64,000 nucleotides of DNA. Origin: a bacterium. GTDB lineage: Bacteria > UBA8248. A program made the position numbers and the translations under genes. Positions within the stretch are counted from its first letter, which is position 1. Each line of letters opens with the position of its first letter. This document shows, in pieces, positions 1 through 8,453 of this stretch. The stretch is from contig OZ242260.1 in NCBI GenBank assembly GCA_965207065.1, positions 288,001 to 352,000 on the forward strand, written 5' to 3'. The notes under the pieces were generated by a model, which had not been told where the DNA came from, did not search any database, and was given only the letters and a program-made list of their open reading frames with translations.

Positions 1-1
1 C

Positions 2-766
2 CGCACGGCGCCGGGCAGTTTCGCCGTTCTGGCAAGGCGGTATTTCGAGGAATTCGGCGCGGACAAGGAAGACCTGGCCGAGGTGGCGGTGAAGAACCAC
101 TACCACGGGAGCCTGAACTCGCGCGCGCACTTCAGGAAGGAGATCACCAAGGAGCAGGTCCTGAAGGCCCCGCCGGTCACCGAACCGTTGGGCCTGTACG
201 ATTGCTGCCCCACGACGGACGGCGCCGCTGCGGTCGTGCTCTGCCGGGCGGAGCTGGCCGAGAAGCGCTTCGACAAGAAAGACTACGTCTTGATCGACGG
301 CATGGGTCTCTCGTGCGCTACGGGCTACATCACCACGGCGTTCAACCCCAGGTTCAGCTTCATCGGCTTCGAGGCCACCCAGGAAGCGGCCCGCCAGGCC
401 TATGAACAGGCCGGCGTCACGAACCCCCGCGAGGAGATAGACCTGGCGGAAGTGCATGATTGTTTTACGATTACGGAGATTCTGAACTATGAGGACTTGG
501 GCTTCGTCAAGAAGGGCGAGGGTCCCGATTTCGTCAAGAGCGGCGCGAGCAGACTCGGCGGCGAGCTCCCCGTGAACACCTCGGGCGGCCTCAAAAGCTG
601 CGGCCATCCCATCGGCGCCACGGGCGCGCGCGTGGTGGCCGACTTGACGCACCAGCTCCTGGGGCGCTGCGGTGACCGCCAGGTCAAGGGCGCGAAACGA
701 GCGCTCGGCCACACCCTGGGCGGCCCCGGCGCCGTCTCCAGCGTCTTCGTCCTGAGCAAGAATTAA
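2..766 (+). CDS. Thiolase (SCP-x/archaeal-type acetyl-CoA acetyltransferase family), 5'-truncated by the window edge
   Basis: Frame is open from base 2; motifs AVKNH, DCCPTTDGAAAVVL, AEVHDCFT, VNTSGGLKSCGHPIGATG. Confidence 0.9.
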   Translation, partial: RTAPGSFAVLARRYFEEFGADKEDLAEVAVKNHYHGSLNSRAHFRKEITKEQVLKAPPVTEPLGLYDCCPTTDGAAAVVLCRAELAEKRFDKKDYVLIDGMGLSCATGYITTAFNPRFSFIGFEATQEAARQAYEQAGVTNPREEIDLAEVHDCFTITEILNYEDLGFVKKGEGPDFVKSGASRLGGELPVNTSGGLKSCGHPIGATGARVVADLTHQLLGRCGDRQVKGAKRALGHTLGGPGAVSSVFVLSKN

Positions 767-778
767 GCATGTTCTGAC

Positions 779-806
779 TCCCCCGGGCGCTCGCCCGGGG
801 GATTTT
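779..806 (+). terminator. Intrinsic terminator-like hairpin after the thiolase
   Basis: TCCCCCGGGCG/CGCCCGGGGGA perfect inverted repeat followed by TTTT, 13 nt after the stop. Confidence 0.7.
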
Positions 807-1393
807 CAACCCCGCAATTCCCCGCATTTACAGTTATTGCGCGAGGCGCGAACCATGGCAGACTTCCCCTGCGCCCGGATTTCGCGGCGTCATTTCCCAA
901 GCAAATAAATTGCAGGATATTTACCGAATTACCCCGTGAATTTATCTAATTTTATCGGAATTTACGGAAATTATTATTTACATTATTCATGATCGGCGCC
1001 TAAACGGAGCGGAGACCCGGCTCCAGCGATCGGCGCCTGATTCGACACCTGAAAAACCGAAGGCCGACGGAGGGCCTTCCCATCATACCCCGCCGCCCCG
1101 AGAACACGATCACCGCAAATGCGGGCAGATGCGCGAGCTGTCCCCGACCGGGGAGGTCGATACCTGGTGATGGAGGAGGAACTGCGCCGCCCCGCGACGG
1201 GAAATTCCTGCTGTATACCAACCTTTCAGGATACGCCCGCGCGCCTCGTCTCCCGCCACCGCAATTGCGGGCAAATGCGTACGCGGCGTCAACCGGGGCG
1301 GGAGGAAATGCGGTTTTGACCGTCATTCCGGCGGAACGATCAAGTCCGGGCGAGGAGAGGTTGTTGAAAAGTCCCTCAATGCAGGAAAACCAT

Positions 1394-1420
1394 CGTCATT
1401 CCGGCGAAAGCCGGAATCCA
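1394..1420. repeat. CGTC-type REP palindrome
   Basis: CGTCATTCCGGCGAAAGCCGGAATCCA; a partial copy CGTCATTCCGGCG lies at 1321. Confidence 0.7.
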
Positions 1421-1486
1421 TTTTATGATTTTGCTTTCGTTTTCGCATTTGCTTCCGATTCGCGGGAGGTCAAACACGACCGAGGA

Positions 1487-1757
1487 GGGCCTGTTGAAAA
1501 AGCTCTTACGGATCGCGCCAAACCATTCTCCCCTTGCAGAGTCCCCGAACAACCACTCCCCCCTTGAGGGGGAGTCGAAGAGGCCGAGCGGTTTATGCGA
1601 AGGCCGATTCGGTGGGGGGTGAATCGCGTTTTATCGCCACTCCGAGTTATACCCCCCACCGAATCGCTTTCGGGCTTACGCCCTCAGCTCTTCGACTCCC
1701 CCTCAAGGGGGGAGTGAAATTCACCGCGCTCCTTTTGTGAGGTTTTTCAACAGGCCC
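1487..1757. mobile_element. Putative inner MITE nested in the outer one
   Basis: TIRs GGGCCTGTTGAAAAAGCTC (1487-1505) and GAGGTTTTTCAACAGGCCC (1739-1757). Confidence 0.6.
1554..1716. repeat. REPIN-like long hairpin (inverted doublet of palindromic units)
   Basis: 29-bp perfect arms CACTCCCCCCTTGAGGGGGAGTCGAAGAG and its reverse complement; inner 16-bp arms CGATTCGGTGGGGGGT/ACCCCCCACCGAATCG. Confidence 0.8.
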
Positions 1758-2136
1758 GACAAGGGGGGTTGGGGGTCAAACGCGAGCGAAGAGCGAGTGT
1801 TTGCAGCTTTTTCCAGTCGAGAGGGGCGTCCCCTCTACCACCCGAAATCGGGTCTTTTTCAACAACCCCGATGAACGAGTGTTCGCCGCGCCCGAAGAAG
1901 GAGCGATTGCCGCGTTTTGAATCTAGCGAAGGCGCCGTCGGCGCAATCCGGCTGCGCTTTTGTCTCGGTGCAGGCGATTTCGGGTACGCCCGCTCAAGGC
2001 TCGAGAAGCGCCCCTGAAAAAGAAGCGTCTCCCCCAATCATGCTTCCGTTCGCAAATCCCTTGTTCTCCTGTAATCTTTTTGCGAGACCCATCTGCTGCA
2101 CGAGGACACCACACGAGGAACACGAGGAGACCCGAG

Positions 2137-2574
2137 ATGCGCTACCAGACCCGTTTCATCACATGCGGAATCATCACCTTGGCCCTTGCCCTCGCGGCCA
2201 ACGCGGCGGCGTTCGAGCAGCGCGTGCCCGCGCGGGTGACGAGAGTGCTCGACGGCGACACCGTGAAGGTCGAGGCCAGGGTTTGGCCGGGCCTCATCGC
2301 GCAGACCAATGTGCGGGTGCGCGGCGTCGACACGCCCGAGATCAGGCGGCCCAAGTGCGGCGAGTACGAGCGCCGGAGGGGCCTCGCCGCGCGCGATTTC
2401 GTGCGGGGCGTCATCGGCGAGCAGGTCTGGCTCGTCAACGTAACGCACGGCAAGTTCGGCCGCCGCGTCGTGGCGAGCGTACTGCTGGCGGACGGGCGCG
2501 ACCTCGCCACGCTGCTCCTCGCCACCGGCCACGCCCTCCCCTACCGCGGCGGACGCCGCCCGAAATGGTGTTGA
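2137..2574 (+). CDS. Secreted thermonuclease (SNase-like) family protein
   Basis: AGGAG RBS before ATG 2137; signal peptide; motifs VLDGDT, RVRGVDTPE, KFGR. Confidence 0.85.
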   Translation: MRYQTRFITCGIITLALALAANAAAFEQRVPARVTRVLDGDTVKVEARVWPGLIAQTNVRVRGVDTPEIRRPKCGEYERRRGLAARDFVRGVIGEQVWLVNVTHGKFGRRVVASVLLADGRDLATLLLATGHALPYRGGRRPKWC

Positions 2575-2580
2575 GGTCAA

Positions 2581-2652
2581 ACGCGAGTGATGAACGAGGG
2601 TTTGACGCGAGTGATGAACGAGGGTTTGACGCGAGTGAAGAACGAGCGTTTG
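2581..2652. repeat. 3 x 24-bp tandem repeat
   Basis: ACGCGAGTGATGAACGAGGGTTTG twice, then a third copy with two mismatches; no spacers. Confidence 0.9.
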
Positions 2653-2758
2653 CAGGTTTCCCGACTGATGAAATAGCGGTTCCGTAGGGGTGTCGAACTT
2701 CCCGAAGAGGGGGAGTGCGAGTGAGCTGGCCTTTGCCACTCTGAATCGACTGGGACAG

Positions 2759-3679
2759 CTATTTGTCTTTGAGAGGATTGTCACGCCAGACCAGTTGCTC
2801 GCCCGTGTCTGCGTCAAAAGTATGATATAGAATCGGCGGGTTGTCATCACTCGCTTTCGCCTCGTCGAGTTGCTCTTGGGTTAGCCCTTTGCAACCCCTG
2901 AAATTAGCGCCGGTAAGATTCGAATTACTCAGATCGACACTCATTAGATCTGCACCAGACATATCTACAGCTATGAGGTCAGCATCGTTCATAACCGCGC
3001 CAACCAAATTCGCACCGGATAGATTCAAGCCGGACAGATTCGCACCTACCAGAAACACCCCGGGTAGTTCCGCGTAGCGCAAATCCAGTCTGCTGTAATC
3101 CTCTTGTTGTAGTTCATCTATCTCGATTTGCGCATCGCTCCGCTGTCCAATCTCTCTCATGATTTCCTGAAGGTCAGAGCGCAATTTCTGAGGTCGCCAA
3201 TTCTCATCCACATAAGTAACTTCGTCACGTTCCAGAGGTGGGTGGCGTACAAAAGTGCAGAGAAGACGAATAATCTGTGCGTGATATTCCTCGGGATGCT
3301 CACGCGCCAGACGCGCGAAAGCATAGATTCCGCTCAGACGAACCGAAAGTGCCTCGCTGCCAAGCATCTCCGCGCCCTTCTGATAGCGCTCATTCAGTAA
3401 ACTGCCCTTCGACGTAACCACTTGCGTATGCGCCGCTTCGGCCTGACGATCGGCTACTCTGGCGCGCCATATGGCAAGCCCCAGAGCAATCGGCGCGGCA
3501 AGGAACAACCCGAGATTGCGAATCGTCGTCGAAGGTGATTCATAACCAGCTTGGGTGTTGCGCAACCAATCCCAAAACCACCAGATCACACCGCTGGAAA
3601 GCAGCGCTACGATTAGACCCGTTGCATACCATCCCGCATTTGTTCGAACATGAGTCATGAAAGCTTGATTCCTTACCAA
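2759..3679 (-). CDS. Membrane-anchored pentapeptide-repeat protein (start may be ATG 3658)
   Basis: Two N-terminal TM segments, ERYQKGAEMLGS..VRLSGIYA block, A(N/D)LxG repeats, GCKGLTQEQL tail. Confidence 0.85.
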   Translation of the reverse strand: MVRNQAFMTHVRTNAGWYATGLIVALLSSGVIWWFWDWLRNTQAGYESPSTTIRNLGLFLAAPIALGLAIWRARVADRQAEAAHTQVVTSKGSLLNERYQKGAEMLGSEALSVRLSGIYAFARLAREHPEEYHAQIIRLLCTFVRHPPLERDEVTYVDENWRPQKLRSDLQEIMREIGQRSDAQIEIDELQQEDYSRLDLRYAELPGVFLVGANLSGLNLSGANLVGAVMNDADLIAVDMSGADLMSVDLSNSNLTGANFRGCKGLTQEQLDEAKASDDNPPILYHTFDADTGEQLVWRDNPLKDK

Positions 3680-3702
3680 CTCTTATAAAGAAAATCTCTA
3701 CT

Positions 3703-4200
3703 TCACATAGTTGGACGCAACTTGTTAATGGGAATCCACTCTTCATCGCCAGGTCGTTTGACTTGCCAGTATATCCAGCCATTCAGCTGGGGATGTTTCC
3801 CATCCTTAGTGATAACAACGCCGCCGGCAGCCTTGGAGGGGCTCCCAAAACGTTCGCCTTCCACCAACCATCTGCCATTTTGGATGATTCCCTTGTATCG
3901 GCGTCCCCGGTACTCCATCTGCAATTCCGTCCCGTGAGGCAAAGTTACGCCCTTCCCCCACCATGGCTGTTCCGAGTCTTCGGCCACTGACGATCGACCG
4001 CTCATATATCCCAAGTTTTCTCCCGAAAGTGCTTGATCTGTGTTCGACTGTGGCAAGTGCTGCGAAGATGTATTGTCGTCAACGATCTTCAAAAGTCGAC
4101 GCAAAACGGCGTTTGGCGAATCATCGAAGCTCAGCCTCGCTTCTTCAATCTTTTTGTGAACGGCAAAATCGATCTCTATGTTGCGTAACTTTGGCATCAT
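3703..4200 (-). CDS. SeqA-N/RHH-like domain fused to a RAMA/DUF4357-like domain
   Basis: N-term IEIDFAVHKKIE..DSPNAVLRRLL; C-term FGSPSKAA...NGWIYW; AGGAGG RBS. Confidence 0.6.
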   Translation of the reverse strand: MMPKLRNIEIDFAVHKKIEEARLSFDDSPNAVLRRLLKIVDDNTSSQHLPQSNTDQALSGENLGYMSGRSSVAEDSEQPWWGKGVTLPHGTELQMEYRGRRYKGIIQNGRWLVEGERFGSPSKAAGGVVITKDGKHPQLNGWIYWQVKRPGDEEWIPINKLRPTM

Positions 4201-4243
4201 GGGTCCTCCTTTTGAATGGCACGGAACTCAACATCGGAGGAAC

Positions 4244-4290
4244 AATATATGGCATAGATAGGAGTTGTCAAGAAATAGTAGTATAGTAGT
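4244..4290 (-). promoter_or_regulatory. Sigma70-like promoter of the RAMA-like gene, with an adjacent tandem repeat
   Basis: Minus strand TTGACA (4271-4266), 16 nt, TATATT; ATAGTAGT x2 at 4275-4290. Confidence 0.55.
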
Positions 4291-4459
4291 AATATAGATA
4301 ATACAGTTTTTGAGCAAACGAGAGAAGCCCATCTGAATTTCTATATCTCGCACAGGCGAAACGACCCCATTACCAATCCGCGAACTGCGACGAACTTGGA
4401 AAGAGTCTGCCCTACAAGGACTTCTTTTCTCTGGAAATCGTGCAGGAGGTTGCTCCCCC

Positions 4460-6832
4460 CTACCCTAAAACCTCCCGACACGCCGCCTCGATATGCGCTT
4501 GTCCGATTTGTAAGGCGTCGTAGACTTCGTGCGGAAGGCCGCTCTGGCCGAACTGGTCGGTGCCCAGGCATCTTTGATCCGCGCCCAGCGCGCCGCCCAG
4601 GAACGAGAGGGCGAGCGAGTGGCCGTCCAGCACGGATACTATGGGGTTGTCGCGGTGTTCGTCTCCCACCATCATCTCGAGGCGCGAGGGGCGGCCCGCT
4701 TTTTTCGCCTGCTTGTGCTCGGCGTAAATCCTGTCCGCGCTCGTCAAGACGAACACGTTCGCGTATACCCCCTCCCCCGCCAGCGCGCGGGCGGCGGCGA
4801 GGGCCTCGGGCGTCATCACCCCGCTCACGAAGAGGTTCACCGCGTTCACGCCCGCGCGGTAGCCGGGCGCCTCTTTCGCCGAGTGAAGCAGGTAGCCGCC
4901 GCCCAGTACGTTCCCTCTCAATACCTCGCGCTTCAGGGGGTCCGTGAGCCACTCTGCGGGCAGGAGGTTCTGATCCACCTGCTTCGTGCTCAGGCGGAGA
5001 TAAAACGCCGGGCAGTCGGCATCCCCCAGAACGCGGCCGATGGCCGACAGGAGCAGCCACTCGACCTCGACGGCGAAGGTCGGCTCATAGGCTTCCAGCC
5101 CCGGCATCTCAAGCGAAATGGCCGGCGTCAGGATGCTCTGGTGCGCGCCGCCTTCCGGCGAGAGGCTCGTGCCGCTCGGCGTCGCCACCACGATGAAGCG
5201 CCCGCCGTTATAGACCGCGTAGCGGAGCGCATCCAGACAGCGGCTGATGAAGGTGTCGTACACCGTGCCGATGGGGCATACCCGCACCCCGCAAAGCTCC
5301 TTCGATACGCCGAAGGCGGCGAGCAACAACATTAAATTGTTCTCGGAAATCCCCAGTTCGATGTGCTGGCCCGCAGGCGACTCCTCCCATTTGAGGAGCC
5401 GCTGCACCTGCTGGAGTGCGAAGAAATCCGCCTTCCCCTCGGGGTGATACACGCCGCGGCGGTTGATCCAGCCGCCCAGGTTCGTGCTCACGGCCACGTC
5501 GGGCGAGGTCGTGACGATGTGCTTCGCGAGCGCATCCTCCCGCGCCAGGTTCGTCATGATGGCGCCGAACGCCTCCTGCGTGGAGGTGGTGGAGGCGAAG
5601 TTCGCGCCCACTTCCTCCGGCATGGAACCGGGGACGACCTCTTCTCTGGCGAGGGCCGCTCTCGCGTCGTATCGCGCCACCGCCGCCTCGACCGCGCGGG
5701 CCTCTGCGCTATCTCCCGCCAGGGGCGCCAGTTCCTCGCCCTCGCCCAGGCCCGCGGAATCGCGCAGTTCGGCGATTTGCGCCTCGGTCAGGAGCTGGGA
5801 GTGGTTCATCGGGTCGCCTGCGATGGGAAGCCCCCAGCCCTTGATGGTGTAGGCCAGGATCATCACGGGCTTATCCCTTACCCCGTCCGCCTCTTCGAGC
5901 GCTTCCAGGATGCACTCGATGTCGTGGCCGCCCAGGTCGGACAGGAGCGCGGGCAACTCCTCGTCCGGGTAGCGATCCAGAAGACCCGCCAGGCCCTTGT
6001 ACTCGCCCGCCTCACCGCGCATGAGGCCCTCTCTTATCTCGCCCCCGCTTCTCCCGATGAGCATCTGGTACTCGCTGTTCGACATGTCGTCGATGCGCTT
6101 TCTGAGAGATTCCCCGTTCCTTTGCGCGAAAGCGGTTTGGAGGCGCTTTCCGTACTTGAGCTCCACCACGTGCCAGCCGTGCAGTCGGAACTGGTCGCGA
6201 ATCTGCTGCGCCTTGCCGTCGGGCACGACGCGGTCGAGGCTCTGGCGGTTCAGGTCCACCACCCAGATCACATTGCCGAGATGCGCGACGTATTCCTCCG
6301 CCAGCGCCTCCCAGATGTTCCCCTCATCGAGTTCGGCGTCCCCCACCAGGGAGATGAAGCGCTGCCGCGGGCCTTCGCCGAAATGATCGTCGATGTAGGA
6401 TTGCATGAGCGCGGCGAACGAGGCGGCCACCGAGGGCAGCCCGAGCGAGCCGGTGGAGAAATCGACGGGGAATTCATCCTTCGAGCGGCTCGGATAGGCC
6501 TGGAGGCCGCCGAAGGCGCGCAGGTCGTGCAGGCGCTCCATCGGCAAATCGCCCCGCAAGGCATGGGCCGCATGCAGTACGGGCGAGGCGTGGGGCTTGA
6601 TGGCCAGTCTGTCTCCCGTCTTGAGCCAGCGGAAGAACATGGCCGTCATCAGGCTCACGATGGAGGAAGAACTCGCCTGGTGGCCGCCTATCTTGATGCT
6701 CTCCGAACCTGCGCGCAGGTTGTTCGCGTAATGAACGCTGTAGGTGGAAAGCCACAGGAGCCGCTTCTCGATGCGCCGCAGAATATCGGCTTCGTCCTGC
6801 TTGATGGCGTTCGTCTCTGGCGGGGGAGTCAC
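4460..6832 (-). CDS. Pyruvate dehydrogenase E1 (AceE-like homodimeric ThDP enzyme)
   Basis: GGHQASS, KPHASP, FSTGSLG, ThDP motif GDAELDEGN..N, EGGAHQS. Confidence 0.8.
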   Translation of the reverse strand: MTPPPETNAIKQDEADILRRIEKRLLWLSTYSVHYANNLRAGSESIKIGGHQASSSSIVSLMTAMFFRWLKTGDRLAIKPHASPVLHAAHALRGDLPMERLHDLRAFGGLQAYPSRSKDEFPVDFSTGSLGLPSVAASFAALMQSYIDDHFGEGPRQRFISLVGDAELDEGNIWEALAEEYVAHLGNVIWVVDLNRQSLDRVVPDGKAQQIRDQFRLHGWHVVELKYGKRLQTAFAQRNGESLRKRIDDMSNSEYQMLIGRSGGEIREGLMRGEAGEYKGLAGLLDRYPDEELPALLSDLGGHDIECILEALEEADGVRDKPVMILAYTIKGWGLPIAGDPMNHSQLLTEAQIAELRDSAGLGEGEELAPLAGDSAEARAVEAAVARYDARAALAREEVVPGSMPEEVGANFASTTSTQEAFGAIMTNLAREDALAKHIVTTSPDVAVSTNLGGWINRRGVYHPEGKADFFALQQVQRLLKWEESPAGQHIELGISENNLMLLLAAFGVSKELCGVRVCPIGTVYDTFISRCLDALRYAVYNGGRFIVVATPSGTSLSPEGGAHQSILTPAISLEMPGLEAYEPTFAVEVEWLLLSAIGRVLGDADCPAFYLRLSTKQVDQNLLPAEWLTDPLKREVLRGNVLGGGYLLHSAKEAPGYRAGVNAVNLFVSGVMTPEALAAARALAGEGVYANVFVLTSADRIYAEHKQAKKAGRPSRLEMMVGDEHRDNPIVSVLDGHSLALSFLGGALGADQRCLGTDQFGQSGLPHEVYDALQIGQAHIEAACREVLG

Positions 6833-6866
6833 GCCCTTCCCTCCCTCGGGATCGCGGGGCCTGCGA

Positions 6867-7577
6867 TTACTCGCGCACCCCGGTGTGAAGCTCGGCGATG
6901 CCGCCAGTCATCGGGCGGTGGCTCACATCGCGAAAGCCCGCATCGCGCATCATCGCCGAGAGCCTCTCGGCTTCGGGAAATTCGTATACCGTGTTTGGGA
7001 GGTAATTATACGCGCTTCGGTGCGCGGAGACGAGCCGCCCCACGACCGGGAGGAGCACCCGGAAGTAAAAGGCGTACAACAGCCCGAACACTCCTTCGGG
7101 GTGCCCGAACTCCAGCACGGCGAGCCTGCCGCCCGCTCTCAGAACGCGCCCCATCTCGGCCAGGCCCGCCTCTCTATCCTCGAAATTGCGAAGGCCGAAC
7201 GCGATGATCACCCCGTCGAACGCGCCGTCCTGGAAGGGGAGGCTCAGCCCGTCTCCCTGGATGAGGGAAAGCGTAGCGCCTTTCGCCGCCGCCTTCGCCT
7301 TGCCGCGCGCGAGCATGGGGTATGCGAAATCGACGCCGAATATGCTTGCGCCGCTATCGGCCTGCCGGTAGACCTCCAGAGCCACGTCCGCCGTGCCCGT
7401 CGCCAGGTCGAGAAAGCGGGCTCCCGTATCCCCCGAACCGGCCAGAAGGCTCGCCACGGCGCGCTTGCGCCAGAGGCGGTCCACGCCGAAGCTCAGAAGT
7501 CGGTTCAGGAGGTCGTAGGTGGGCGCGATGTCCGAGAACATCGCCTGCACTTCTTTTTTCTCGATGCGGGTCGGCAC
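6867..7577 (-). CDS. menG: Demethylmenaquinone methyltransferase (MenG/UbiE family); start uncertain
   Basis: MFSDIAPTYDLLNRLLSFG, LDLATGTAD, FGLRN, EMGRVLRAGG. Confidence 0.85.
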   Translation of the reverse strand: MPTRIEKKEVQAMFSDIAPTYDLLNRLLSFGVDRLWRKRAVASLLAGSGDTGARFLDLATGTADVALEVYRQADSGASIFGVDFAYPMLARGKAKAAAKGATLSLIQGDGLSLPFQDGAFDGVIIAFGLRNFEDREAGLAEMGRVLRAGGRLAVLEFGHPEGVFGLLYAFYFRVLLPVVGRLVSAHRSAYNYLPNTVYEFPEAERLSAMMRDAGFRDVSHRPMTGGIAELHTGVRE

Positions 7578-7585
7578 AGCCGCGC

Positions 7586-8446
7586 TCAGCCCGCGCCGAT
7601 GAGCACGTCGGCGACCGCGCCCGTTGCGATGACCACGGACACCCAGGCGTTGAGGTTGAAGAAAGATATGTCCACGCGGCTCAGGTCGTCCGGCCGCACG
7701 ATCCAGTGCTCCCAGAACAGGAGGCACCCCGCCGCCGCGAGCGATATCCAGTAAAGCGCGCCCATACCGAACGCCAGTCCCGTCGCGTAGAAACAGGCCA
7801 TCGTCCCCAGGTGGGCGAGCGCCGATACGATGAGCGCGCCTTTAATGCCTAACAGACGCGGCAGGGAGTAAATGTCCTCCTCAACGTCGAAATCCACGTC
7901 CAGGCAGGCATAGATGAGGTCGAACCCGCCCACCCAGAGGGTGACGCCACAGAAAAGCAGAACGGCCACGGGGTCCAGATCGCCGCGCACGGCCACCCAC
8001 GCGCCCGCAGGTGCTGCGCCCAGCACAAAGCCCAGGAACAAGTGCGTCGAGGAGGTGAAGCGCTTGGAATAGCTGTAGAAGACGATGCACGCCGCCACGG
8101 CGAAGGAGAGCGCGAACGCGAGCGGATTCAGCATCCAGGCCGAGAGTAAGAAGAGCGCCAGAAAGCCCGCCAGCATCGCGAGGATGGATTTCGAGTGGAG
8201 CAGCGCCTGGAACTCGGCGCGGTCTTTCGTCCTCGGGTTTTTGGGGTCGATGTCCCTGTCGGCGAAGCGGTTGAGCGACATGGCGAAATTCCGCGCGCCC
8301 ACCGCCGCCATCACCATCCAGAACAGAACCCACGCGGAAGGGATCCCGCCGGCCGCCATCACGCCGCCCATCAGCACGAAGGGGAGGCCGAAGATGGTGT
8401 GCTCGAATTTCACCATGCGCAGGAACTGCCGGAAGCTTCTCGCCAT
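7586..8446 (-). CDS. mqnP: UbiA-family prenyltransferase, futalosine pathway
   Basis: VKFEHTIFGLPF, NRFADRDIDPKNPRT, YSYSKRF, GFDLIYACLD, FFNLN. Confidence 0.8.
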   Translation of the reverse strand: MARSFRQFLRMVKFEHTIFGLPFVLMGGVMAAGGIPSAWVLFWMVMAAVGARNFAMSLNRFADRDIDPKNPRTKDRAEFQALLHSKSILAMLAGFLALFLLSAWMLNPLAFALSFAVAACIVFYSYSKRFTSSTHLFLGFVLGAAPAGAWVAVRGDLDPVAVLLFCGVTLWVGGFDLIYACLDVDFDVEEDIYSLPRLLGIKGALIVSALAHLGTMACFYATGLAFGMGALYWISLAAAGCLLFWEHWIVRPDDLSRVDISFFNLNAWVSVVIATGAVADVLIGAG

Positions 8447-8453
8447 CGACGCC

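Larger units (their letters stand above)
1359..1867. mobile_element. Putative outer MITE (non-autonomous element)
   Basis: Terminal inverted repeats GGTTGTTGAAAAGTCCC (1359-1375) and GGGTCTTTTTCAACAACC (1850-1867); no transposase inside. Confidence 0.55.

Noticed and set aside
2581-2652. CRISPR array
   Set aside because: The 24-bp units are contiguous with no spacers, and there are no cas genes in the window
2655-2710. Hammerhead ribozyme (CTGATGA core)
   Set aside because: No stem II followed by GAAA and no convincing stems I and III
5363-7207. Long antisense ORFs (also 15170-17392, 28214-29656, 54044-55426)
   Set aside because: Shadow frames of GC-rich genes with no protein motifs
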